This document shows, piece after piece, positions 12,523 to 25,100 of a stretch of 64,000 nt of DNA. Position 1 is the first letter of the stretch; the number at the start of each line of letters is the position of its first letter. Source of the DNA: Tubulanus polymorphus (Eukaryota > Animalia > Nemertea); the NCBI RefSeq assembly GCF_964204645.1, contig NC_134031.1:2976001-3040000 (forward strand). Reading direction: 5' to 3'. The notes under the pieces were generated by a model. It searched no databases. It was not told the DNA's origin and was given only the letters and a program-made list of their open reading frames with translations. Both the position numbers and the translations under genes were made by a program.

Positions 12523-15500
12523 TTGTGATCTATCTTGCTCTTTTAGTCACTGACGAAGAAAAATTTCGTTCATTTTTTTCATTTTTTCCCTCAATTGGAG
12601 TATTTTTTTATGGAACTGAATATCATCATCCCACGGGAGGTTTATGGCCCCCGAAATCATGTCAAGCGATATCAGACGCATCATCTTTTTTTCCGTAGCA
12701 AACATCATTACGACGATATTGCATATTTCATATATAGATAGATAAATACACGCCATCACATAGAGATAAAAATAGTGCGGATATTTAATTCCATTCCGCT
12801 GCTGCAAAACAACGTAGTTTCGACTGATGAAGATAATGGTATTATTACACATACATGCACTATGTGTATGTATGTAGTATTGTATCTAATTGTTTGGATG
12901 ATGGAAATATGACCGATTCATCACAATCAACTGTCGTCGCAAACAGATTAAATCATTCGCAACTTTTTCCACGTTTCTAAGGCCGCGGCCGACGAATTGT
13001 ACGTTTCTAGTGAACTGTGCAAGCATTTACAGTGCGATGCCTGGGCCGCGATCCACTGTCGACTCCCTGGATATGCCCGGATAAATCCGTTCTGACCCTG
13101 TGCCGATTTCTCCAAGGAAATGAACGACCTAAAGCAAAATAGTAACTCGATTTTACTAACTACAGATCTATCTAGGCCTACGTACTTCCCATTAAGGTAC
13201 AAGAAATGACCACATGTTTATTTATCGGAACACCAATATCCCAATAGTTTCTGTCCCAAGAATTTATTCGTTCTAAAGCCCATGATTTGACGGATTTAGC
13301 CCCCTAGAGACTTGTCCGTTACGAAAGTCTCAGAACCATAGCATATGGAAAACGATGAGGGTGGGTTCGGACTGAAAAGCGATCTGATTTTGACGATTTG
13401 ATGCTCAGATATGAGCGTTTCCATCGATAAACGAAGATCTAAATTAATGAAACAAATTTAGTACAGATGTATAGTGTTGTAAAAGTTGTACGTGTGATAC
13501 GTTACAGCTTAAGAGTATTTGAAAATAATCTGACTCAGGACTGAATCGAGACTGAATCTTTTAGCGAGGAGAGGTTCGTTCGAACCAACGATCAAAGTCC
13601 ATTTTTGTCCATTTTTTTGCAGGTAAGAGCTACTACGTCACGAGAATACCACATTCAACACTCGCGCACCCGATCTGCATCAGTTATAGCTATAAGTGTT
13701 TCGTTATCCAACGGTTTTCGGTTACGACACGAACGTAAAATAAGTTGATTAACCGAACGACTATGAAGACTGTATCGCTGGGGAATCTGAGAACCGAACA
13801 ATACGTTCACTTTGCCTGGCGCTGTCGCATCTCTTTTTTTATTCTGGTATTTCACTGTCGCTATCGATCACATGGAGTAAACTCGATCGTGCCCCAATTT
13901 CGCGACGGATTCTTATCCGGTTATCTGTTCTCTATCTATCTGTCTACCCGCAGATTCGGCGCGCTGACCTCTCCAGCCGCCAAGTTCGCTAGGTTTATGA
14001 CGGTCAAAACGTTTCATTAGCGGCCGAGCAAAATGTATCATCCGAATTTTGTCCGGCCACAAAAATGTTGAAAACAATTTTTTAATTAATAGCTGCTCTG
14101 TTCCGAAGTAATGAGCATTCCACGCCTGTCCTAACGAGCGCATCCCTCGCGACCCGTTCAGCAATAGATATATTTTTAACGCGTTTTGAGAACAGGTATT
14201 AAACACCAGTGACAAGTAGGTATATATTATCATTGCTTCTATCGGGCGAAGTTTGTCGGCTTATTGCGCGGTGAATTCGTATAAAAGTTCGGTCGTTAAC
14301 CGATCCCGCGCGGTGTTGAGATTCACTAAATCACTTTAATCCAGACAAGTCGCTCACAGTAATCCGTGCCGTAGTCGGTCCCTATCTGATGCGCATCTTC
14401 ATTGCTATTCACCGGGTTCGCGGTGCTCGACAATTAACGCCAAATCCCCGATGATCACCTCCGCATTAATTGCCTCGACTCGTCGGACAAGACGCGCATA
14501 CGGACGAAGAAAAAGTGATAAAAACGCCGCCCAGTCGACATCTTTTTCGGATCAATTGTCATATAAGATATTCGTCGCTTGTTGCCAAATTAGAATTTAT
14601 TGGCCCCCGAATGTCGGGGATTAGCCCGTTAGATGAGCGGATTCGAAAATTAAATGTCAGAGGTGCTACGCGTCGTGCAGATATACCTGACTGACTTAAT
14701 TAATTAGGGCCCACGCTGTTAATGGCGATGTACGGCGAAGTAGAGGTAGAAACTGAAATCATTTCGGAATTCAAATCTGAAAATCTATTGCATGTTTTGC
14801 ATGTGGTGTAGAAAATGGACGCAGAATCGAACCCTATCCCTTATCATTTTGCTTCCCATATTTGCTGTCAATATTTCTGATCATAATACGTCACCGGTTT
14901 TTGTGTTGTAAAATACGTCAACAGTTCTTGCGGTAAGATCAACACTCCCACACGACCATCGTTTTAATTTGCTTTTGCGCTTTTTACTGCTATATACTTT
15001 AGACAAATATTGCATTTGAAATGTTATACTTTCCCCCATTCGACAACACTCGATTTAACTAAATGTATCCAGGTTGCGGGAATAGTCTCAACTGGGTCCA
15101 GATTCTCTTGAGAGAATACTCGTGGTTTCGCATGTTTGGCACTTACGGTGACATATGGTAACGGTTATTGACAGCGAGTTTAACTTCAAACAGATAAAAA
15201 CTGATTCGTCTAATTAGTCGGTAAAGCATTCAGTAAAGAAAAAATCTATTTTGAATCGCATAACGTTCATTGTGGTTAGTACGCGATTGATGAATTCAAA
15301 CCGCAGGTCTCACATAAAGTTAAACTTTATTCATTGCTATTAAATTACAAATGAGTTTGTTGTACAGACAAATAGAACTATTAGAGGGAAACGAGTCATC
15401 AATACCATGTAACATATGCGTTTCGTGTCACTATGAATTTCATAAATGGTTTTTTATTAGCTTTCAATATGGCTCTCAGTTTTGAGTTGCAGTGACCGAG

Positions 15501-16833
15501 TGTGTCTTTCATTTGTCGTGTCAATCAGTAGGAGGGAACAGAAACCACCGAACTCCCGAATAATAAAAATAATCATAATGATAATAGTGATGATTTATTG
15601 TTCAAAAGCGCTTTTAGAAGAATTTAAAAGCTTTTGACAGAATTTATTTCAAAAAGTGACTTATCATAAAACCTTTTTGAATAACCATGTCCCTAGAGCA
15701 CATTCTAGATGACGATTTCGACGTAAACTCTAAAAAGAATGATAAATTGAGAATTCTATATGTAAGAACCAGTATTTCAAAGTTAGTCCTTCGGTAGAAA
15801 TGGTGAATGTGCAATAATAGGGTAACATGCATACCCCGAGGTGGCTTTAAACAGCCAATGGAGATTGGTACAGTACAAGGGCATAGCATGCATGTCCCGA
15901 GGAGGGTACAGTTGGTTTAGAGGGGTGGACAAAATGTTTCCTATATTTTGTGAAATTTCAACCATTGATGGTTTCAAACCAATGCGAAATGAAGGAATTG
16001 AATTAGAGCCTTGTAACCGCGTAATGCGTTGTGCAGCAGCGGTCCCTGGATATGTAATCTCGACTGTAACACGCAGTTCATTTGTCGAAATTGAATTAAA
16101 CAATCATTAATGTCGACACTGAGGCAGAAATTTGAAATATATTTGTAATAAAATTCGAACTTGTCTCCAATTCACCGATATCACAAATTACTCGCGATGA
16201 CGACGGCCGAACTGGGGTGTTCCCCAGGGATACGACTTAAGACCGATCACCTAATCAGTTTTCGCATTATTAACCAATTCCCAAGCGAACGGGCCCTCAT
16301 TCAGAACTGCCGTTCGCCGAGGGAGTCGACACAATTCCCGTAGAAAATCTTAATTGTTATCAATAGACTCGAGCGAAGGAATATGCATTCAACGTTACTT
16401 CGGTAATACATCAGCAACGAACGCCGATACGACCGGGCCAAGTTACCCGCTCATAAAAACACCATTACTTCCTAGATTTAATCAATGTCGGACGTCAGGC
16501 TTTTTGTTGGAGTTTACATAAATCTCTGGTTTGCTGTCGCTGCGTCGCAATCATTGAAAACCTCGCAGTGAATGCGCGAAGATTGACTGTAATAATTTCG
16601 TTCTCTGATGCGGCGTGTTTTTCAATGTCGTCTGCGACGCGGCGAATTACGATCGACTGCGGATTCTGGCGGAGTGATTTATAAGCGCGATCGTTGATTA
16701 ATGACATTAACACGCGAACTTAGCGAAATATCGACGAGAAAAGTGACTCGAGGAATTTCTATAATGTTCATATGATTATATATGTTTTTGTTTTGAGAAT
16801 ATTAGGCTTACTATTCGTCAATCGTAATGAAAT

Positions 16834-17300
16834 TCATCATCATCATGACGCGTCTTAGCTGCGAGACCGTTGACGCAACACAGTCCTCCGCGCAGTTTTC
16901 CTCCACTCAGAACGGTCCTCTGTTAGCCGAAGTAGTGGACCAAGGCTCATTCCACTCATTAATGTCGTCCAACCACATTCGTCGCGGGCGGCTTCTCGAC
17001 CTCCTGCCTTCTGTAGAGCCCTGGGCTGGTTTTAAAGGCAGGTATTAACTTTTACCTGGGGGTTAACTCAATTCATTTTCATTTGAGTTAGCCCCCGGGT
17101 TAAAGATGATTCCGGCCTATAAAACCGAGCCCTGCAGAATGCCCTTCGCTCTAATGATATGTCCGAACACATGTATTTTCCTTTTTTAAAAATATCTACG
17201 AAATACTCGCGAGGGCCTATAATGTCGACGAGCATTTTTGTGACGTCAGTATTTGTTGTGCACAATCGAATTAGCTTCATAGAATCTTAGTGAAAAAACT
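16834..17300 (-). mobile_element. RTE-clade non-LTR retrotransposon, 3' fragment
   Basis: Degenerate translation TNTDV...IIGPREYFVDIFKK/RKIHVFGHIIRAKGILQGSTEGRRSRSRPRRMWLDDINEW...LTEDRSEWR matches the RTE ORF C-terminus pattern; (TGA)n tail at 16834-16846. Confidence 0.8.
17024..17131. mobile_element. Palindromic MITE (PIF/Harbinger-like) nested in the RTE fragment
   Basis: TIRs GGCTGGTTTTAAAGGC / GCCTATAAAACCGAGCC; CTG duplicated on both sides; removing it restores the RTE ILQGS codons. Confidence 0.8.
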
Positions 17301-18087
17301 ATGATTCTTATGCTATATGTAAATCTTTTTTCACGGGGCCAGAACGTCAATAGTGGCTGTACAGCGTTTATGGTTGTGTTCAGACCCCATCATCAATCTC
17401 TTATCATGGGCTTTCGTAATCTTCAATTGATAACGAAATTTATTTATTATCATTATCATTTCATCATTATTATTTTCATGGTAATTAGTTTAAAAGGAAA
17501 ATAAAATCGATCATTTTATTCCAGTAATTTCAGGGGAATTTCAAAGGGCGGAAATAAGAGAAAAACACAGTCTCTCAAAATATGATCACTGTACATTTCA
17601 AAGCTTTCGGGCATCGGATTGTATCTATTCTAAGCAGATTGTTGCACACTATGTCAAGAGGGATTTTCATGAGATTAAAATGAAATAAAACAGGGGACCC
17701 TCCCCCCGTTCTCAAGTCTTTTCAGACAGTAAATCCCTCACTGATTAGACACAAGTACCTTTCACGTACAATACGGTGCAGTTGCAAAGGCAGCATCAGC
17801 TTGGCGTTATTGATGAAAACTGAATAAACTTTTGGAATCCGCTTAATCCGTCTCTTTTAACAGATTCATAAAATCTCCTGCATATTTAAACGGGCGGCGA
17901 GTGTATTGGACAAAGCCTGCGGGATTTATCAGATTCGTCGTACTATGCCGCCTTACTGTTTGCGTTCGGGCAATCGACACACTTCTACCTCAATAAATCT
18001 GAATAATTTATCATATCTATCTTACGACAGCAACAACAACAAGGATAACAATGCAATTGCCGTATACAGTAGCGCACCGTGGTGGCT

Positions 18088-18325
18088 GGCTCGGAGCCAC
18101 CCATCACAGCAGTACGCCGTATAGGCTCGGAGCACTCCGGTACCCCAGTACACTGCGGCGGCTCGGAGCAACCCGGTGCACCAGTACACCGTAGCACCTC
18201 GGAACACCCCGGGGCATCAGACACCGTAGCAGCTCGGATTACCCCGGGCACCAGACACCGTACTCGGAGCAGCCCGGTACACCAGTGCACTATGGCGACT
18301 CGGAGCTTCCCTGTCCACCAGTAGA
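18088..18325. repeat. GC-rich minisatellite, ~36-bp unit, ~7 copies
   Basis: GGCTCGGAGCAACCCGGTGCACCAGTACACCGTAGC-like units starting at ~18088, 18124, 18160, 18196, 18231, 18261, 18297. Confidence 0.85.
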
Positions 18326-19999
18326 CTAGGATCAATCAGATATATGAAGCCGATTAACCACATCTGTCAGGATGTTGCTATTAACGGATGAGTCTCTCGT
18401 GAAGCAATTCAATAATAACACAATCATAAATCGGTTGAGAGCGAGGGAGATGAACCTTTCTAGCAAATGGCTTCGTTGACAATTGAAGAGATCACAAGCT
18501 AATGATAATCTAATCATCGTCAGCTCGACACGCGGCCAATAACTCGATAATGTTCGTCCTCGCGAGCGCGTTTTATCAGCGCTCTGTCGTGACTTCTAAG
18601 CGAACCGATTGCGGAGTCCGTCGCGTAGAAAACCATCGATGAAATCATAGGAAATATATGTAATAAGTTAGAAATATTAAGATGTACTTGGTATTCCAAT
18701 ATGCATGTGATCAAGTGACAGTGACTGTAGTATATACTTTCATACTTCTATACAGTCCTACGTATGTATCAAAGTTGAAGGTGCACTAAATGTTCAGATA
18801 TCGAGGCAATAAGTCTTACGTATTCTAACAAATCATTGAATTATTGAATATTTTTGTATCTACGTCGTCAGGGCGTCCTTACGACGGAAAGGTAACATGC
18901 CATAAATATGTAACGTGATGTTTTGTGTCTTGTAAGCATTATAGTAGGCTGGCTTTACTTGCAAAGATGACACTGTAATAAACTAAACCGTCTCCTCCCT
19001 GTGCATCAGTCATATCTCTCGCTGCGATGATGTATATACCTTAGACCGAGCAAATCTAAATTATCCTTGTTATAATGTGTACAAATATAATGTTGTACTA
19101 TTTGCCGTTCACTGCGGTTCTTTGAGCGCGTTCGCGAAAGGAAACAGATTTATCGAGAACAATGAGTTGAAATTATGTATATATTTAACCAGAAGGACCC
19201 ACATAAAAAACGTCTCTTCATATTTACTATTTGAAAATGGTGATGATAATTACTGGCCTCAATGATTATTGTTTGAACGAACTGTTTGCGCAGCCTCGCA
19301 GCGAGCGATCTTGATAGATGGTGGTTGGTTTTTTAAAATTAAAAACGTTTGCGCGAACAATCATAGACAATTTTTGAAGCACCTTTTGTGAATATAGGGG
19401 TTTGTCAGGTGTACAACCACAAAAGCCGTACAATGTTGATGTATTACAGGTGCATTGCTTGGTACCGCCATATACGTATCTATGGCCATTTTGCCCACCA
19501 CCATCTCCTAGTCGCGTCGTACCAGCATACTTAATTCGTTATTGTATCCCCAGAAACCGCCATCTTTCCAAAGCAGAAAGCCGCTCTAAGCTGCGCGTTG
19601 AGGCCTACTCAAAAAACATTTCATCGGCGGTATTTCATTCGTACCAACCTGTCGACGTGTCTCAACGAGAACACGTTTTATTGTCGATTATTTTGCCTCT
19701 TGTCATCTCTATCGGTGTTTCTATCTTCGAGCAGCTGGATTTCAAGTAGAGGTGTTATGCTCGACGAAACAGGTGCGAATTTTCGTCGATAAATTGGAAA
19801 ACCTGCGAAATATGTGCCCTTTCATAAGCCAGGTGAAACTCTACCTGTTTCGACTAAGGGATGTCAAGTTGTACAGCCGACTCTATGTGTATTGATCTAT
19901 ATTCGATCCACAAATATTCATACGAAAAAATCATCCTTTATTCGAGAAAGACTAGAAAAAAGTGAATTCACGAAACGTTTGCTTTTCGTTAATTTCAAT

Positions 20000-20803
20000 A
20001 ATTTTTTTATTCCCAACTTGCTAAACACGATTACTTCATAGATTCATATTGCACCTGCGTTTCTTCAGGAGAAAATATAATGATTTTCGTTTATGTTTAT
20101 AATATATATCTATATATTTATAAGTATCAATTAAATGCAACGAATATTTAATGCAATGAAAATGAGAAAATGAGAAAATCGTTCGATCTTCTTTCAGCTC
20201 TAACCAACAATCATTCGTATGCTTATTAGAATATTTATAAATGTCATTTCATTTTCAACCTTCTACTCTTTAGCTGTTGTTCCTTGCGACATCGTAAAAT
20301 GCAGCTAAATCCGAATCATTCAAACTTTATGATAAATCTAAAATATAGGCCTATAACGGTCTTGAAAAATGCTCACTTAAACACAGTTAAATACAAGACG
20401 GTATGAATCGAAAAAAACTCTTATTCTAAGTAAAGTAAGCATGGAAATTCTAAATGCATTTAACCCGACTGAATGATATTGAAGTGTACAAGTATTTTCG
20501 ATTATTTCAATGCTAGAAAATTTCAAAATATGAATTGATAATATAGGTAGCACATTATACAAAGATCCGTATTTACAATAGTCGCCACGACTGGCATATT
20601 GCAAGGCAAATGCAAAAATGTGTATGATATCTAAGATGTTTTTTTTTTGGTCTAAATTATTACATCGAAACGAACTGTCCGGTTTTTCGTAAATGAAATA
20701 AATGATTGGAAAAAAGATACAGGCTAGTTTTTCGTAAGAATGATAATAGAAAATGATAATAAGATTGAGCACATTTCATATATTGGCAGTGGGATTCTCT
20801 ATG

Positions 20804-20834
<31 letters not shown>

Positions 20835-21581
20835 GTACAATTTGTTTTTATGATATATACATAATATTTTACTGTGTACTTTAACATTCTTAATTTGATG
20901 AAAGCGCGAGTAAATTCAATATATGTTCGTTCCGTTGTGCACGAAAGTCTGATGTTCAAATGTACAAATAGAAGAGTGTCGGCTAATAACCGGGGTTTAT
21001 ATACATACACATTATACGTAAAAACTCGAAAACAACATTTTGAAATGCAGAAATTACGATATAATAATAAGAAGAGATATTCGTAGCTTTTTGTCAATTC
21101 GATCATATTATATAAGAATGAATGAATAATGTTTGAACACAAATGGAATTTTGAAGTACGTACGATGAACGCAATAGTGCGGCGTTCGACGAATTTCCGA
21201 TCGAATTTCATTCAAATATATCTCAACGTCGAAGCCGGGTTTGATGTTTTTCGAGTGAATGAGAAGATTTGTGTACGTGGATTCACCAGTCCGAAGCTTG
21301 AATTTTCGAACACCTGCGAATTAATCATTAAAATCGTTGGCTCAACTATTGTTTTCTGCATCACTACGCGCAGCTGATAATCAGTAAACCGCGGACCAGT
21401 GGTCGCCGTCAGCCGTTTGGCACATTGTTTTTGATCCCACGCGTTTACGTATAGCTTTCACCCGTCGTTCAGATGTTGTTATTGTTTTCTCCGCAAAATA
21501 ATGTCACCAGCAGCCGCGGGGTCAACCGCCGTTAAAAATCAAACATTTCAACAAATACACCTGATTCAAAGTTTTATACGC
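20000..21581 (-). other. Probable 3' UTR of the Gfi1-like gene (end uncertain)
   Basis: Very AT-rich stretch directly after the stop codon, with UGUAHAUA elements and miRNA seed matches. AATAAA on minus strand at 20006-20011. Confidence 0.45.
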
Positions 21582-22111
21582 TTAGTCGACTTCGATCGTT
21601 ACCGATTGGGCGCTAGCCGGGCGCGAGGGCGGCGACATATCCGCGTCTCGCAACAACATCGGTTCCGGGGATAGATCACGTGATGCGCATCGTGACGTGA
21701 CGTCACTGTGACTAAAGTGATACATAGGAGGCGAATGTTGACGGTGCATGGGCAGCGGTATGCTCAGCGGGGAAGAGTTCATCAGACTCGACGCCGGCGA
21801 GGTCAACGGTGACCGCATGGACGTCGGCACGGTCAGGCCGACCGGTGACGTCGGTATACGTATCGAGGGTGGTACCGACATCGACTGAGCGCTCAGTACA
21901 GTCGGCGCGCCTTGTTGCTGCACGGGCACGGGTTCCTCGACGGCGTGTTGCGTTTCCACGTGGCGTCGAAGGTCGACCTTTCTCTGGAAGGCGCGGCCGC
22001 ACTGTTGACAAGCGAACGGTTTGAAGCCGGTGTGTTTACGACTGTGAGTGATGAGGTTCGATGATTGACTAAACGCTTTCCCGCATTGGATACATTTATG
22101 CGGCTTTTCTC
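21582..22111 (-). CDS. Gfi1: Gfi1/senseless-family gene, coding exon 4 (C2H2 fingers 5-6 + C-terminal tail)
   Basis: tttttag acceptor (phase 1), then [56 protein letters not shown], continuing into ORF 21582..21959 to TAA. Total CDS 1476 nt = 491 aa. Confidence 0.93.
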
Positions 22112-25100
22112 CTAAAAAGACATAAGCAAAAAGTTCCGTTAATATTGAACAATCACGAGATTCTTATATTCGCCACAGCTGAAACTAGTCGGAGTTAGTT
22201 CGAACATAAATCATGAATCATCCTGACAGGGACCCGATCACGAAGTACCGAGCGAAGTCTTTTAGTGAGAAATCATTGTTTGATTATTATGAATTTCAAT
22301 TTTTTCCAAACCGCGCCTTCCAATTATGTAAAAATGATTACATTATTATGATTATGGATCATATTGTTATCATCATCATTATCATAATAATATATACTTC
22401 ACACCCAACGTGGCCTGAAAACTTGTTTTATGATTTTTTTTCAGAGATTTTCAATATATATTTATACGTTTAAAGCAAACGATGCCAGGTGATTTGTATG
22501 ACCCTTCAATAGAATCTCGATCTCTTAAAAAACGGTGATTTTCGCGCGTCGACCACCATTGATCTACGTGTTTGAAACATTTTTACTAAACGCGACGTCA
22601 GGTGGCTTCATGGCCCTTCAATATTCAGAACCTCTCTCCATCACAAAAAAACGATGATCCCAGATATCGATCGTCGCATGACGTGTACACGATAGCTCAA
22701 GTAATATGATACATTATCGGCTATTACACTACGTCCTGAAGTTATGTAGAAATACATCGATAGACATCGGAAAACAAGCGCTGGTAATTTAAAGAAGCAC
22801 CTGTCTTTCTACCTACATATCTGTTTGCAAATTTGAAGCGGAACATGTCAAATTATATGCATACAGCTGCGATAGAATCTGTTTATACATCATAATAATG
22901 ATGAACCCAAATTTGTCAGTTTGACTCGTTTGATAAAGTGAAATCAGCCAATCGTATACTCACGATGTCTAATTTATGATTCGAACTATGATGCGTAAAG
23001 TGCGGATGATATACTTTATAAGCCCAACGCACGTGACGCAGGAAAACACGGAATTGGGTAGCATGGTTAAGGAAAACTAGATCGAACATGTTTGATTCCG
23101 TGTTTCTGTGATTCCCTGTTTCCGTACGTCGTCTGAGTTAGGTTTACACCATTTAAATGTACTGTACCCTGAATAGCCTCAGTATAAGATATTTAAGAAT
23201 CATTGATTTCACGGGTTTTCAATGTTCTCCATATTTTTCTACTTCAGAAGCAGTCTCTGCGCTCTGGCATGTTTGAATGTAAGTTGTTTTTTTTTTCACC
23301 ACGCTTGAGGACTTTTTTTCATCGCGCGCGCTTAGGGTAAATCACGGATGTTTTTAGCCGGCGAGGTCTGACTAATTGCCGCGTATTAATAATGCATGCA
23401 GTTTGGCTGTAATTTGCTTCATGTAGTTCCAGCATTGCTAAATATTTCATGTAATATTCGCAAATGGATGATTGTGGTTGCGTTTGTTCGGCCAGGCGTT
23501 CAGTGTTGCTCTGATTTATTCAGTCCCACGATGGTATCGGTCACAATAGCGTGTCGTCGAAAGCGTTTGCAACCGTATATACAGTGAAAGCTCCCTAACA
23601 GCCCGCTAGCAATAAGATTGCGTAATATCAGTAGCGACCAGTAACCCAGCTTTACAGTCACATGTATTGAAGATTCGACTCGTGAGCTGCTTGAATGTTT
23701 AGAAATAAAAACCAGAACTGATTTTCAAGTTTAATCATTGGAAATTTGACTTATCGTTGTTCAATGTCCATTGGTGTAGCGATCCATCTTCCAGACATAG
23801 GCGAGATCAATTGTTCGTTTTATGTTAACCAGTGACTTACACATTTTACACATGAAATGCTATTTCAAATCGAACTCACTCGATGTTGATAGAAAACGAA
23901 TATGAAATATTTCTGAAGGAAACGCCGTCGGTTTGCCGTTCGATGACGATTCTATATGTAAGATCATTCATTCGTTAGGAATTCCGAGCGTTTCCGCGAC
24001 GCAGCAGAAAAATTTAATCCAATTCAATTACTGCTTGTATGAGTAAGTGATTAAGTCGTACCGGAGACGCGATTTCTCCAAGGACCGAAGACGAAGCCAG
24101 AGTGTGATGAATCCCGACTTGCAGGGAACCGTCACTGTTCCCGAACCGTCCCTGTAGGTCGGCGTCAATTAGATGAACGGGCGTAATAAAGAAAGAGGAG
24201 ACAGCGAGACTCGCGAACCGCTGGGGCTTCCAAATGGATTTCGTCAGATTTCGCCTCGCATGCAAGCAACTCTGATTGTGCCCTTTGTGAGAACTATAAC
24301 CGAGTAGGAACGATGAAAAAAAAACCCGTCACGAAAATACCAACACTGCGCACGAGCGCATCGCCGAGACGAGTATATACGAGAAAAAAAAACAACATGT
24401 TACTCTCTAGATCGTTGCTGAACGACGGTTGAAGAAAGTTATCTGCGACTGCGAAAAAAGGCAGAAACAAAAATAGAAACTATTTGCTCTGGTGTACGGA
24501 GTTGTCGACGATGCTTAATCCGTTGTTAAAGTCACTTCTGGCGTTTCGGCGCTATATTTATGTGTTTAATTAAGGGTCGAATGCTCGGTGTCAAGTGCGA
24601 TACGACTAAGATGCTCATCATTGTCACGGTTAATCACCTTTTCCGCTTTATCTGAACAGCCCACGAGGCAGATTGCCAATTTCGTGGCAATCTCATCGCG
24701 CGCGGTATGCACCGTCTCGAGACGAACATTTTTTTTTTACTTCGAGCACCTGCACGATTTGAGGCACCAGGTTATACCGGAATGTATCCGAGACGGCGGT
24801 TATTTCAAATTTCGAATCGTAGAGATTTTCTCGTTCGTAAAATTCTATTTTTTACATCTAACGCATTGGGCGTTTAAGTCGTTTGAAAATTTCTCAAAGC
24901 TCGAACAGATTGGCAAACGATGGCGGTTATTTTCATCGTAGCCTCTATTCAAATTTGTAAAATCAAGCTCACTTTTCTATATGATAGGTGATATGCCATC
25001 TATGCTGACGCTATGCGGCATGAAATACGGATGTATGCGGCATAAAAATCGTATGTGGCATACAAAAACAACTGCAGATCGAGGCCATGACGTTTTAAAT

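Noticed and set aside
15644-16110. Cluster of overlapping 80-106-aa ORFs
   Set aside because: No domain recognised; contains a short internal duplication, probably repeat-derived.
18088-18325. Possible CRISPR-like array (also 62823-63010)
   Set aside because: Degenerate tandem units without unique spacers; eukaryotic context and no cas genes.
20645-20652. miR-9 site in the Gfi1 3' UTR (as in Drosophila senseless)
   Set aside because: Only ACCAAAA; lacks the G needed for the ACCAAAG seed match.
20660-21211. 183-aa ORF on the minus strand
   Set aside because: AT-rich probable 3' UTR containing a (TA)n tract; composition is not protein-like.
21665-21685. CtBP-binding motif in the Gfi1 tail (SRDLS)
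   Set aside because: Lacks the Pro of PxDLS.
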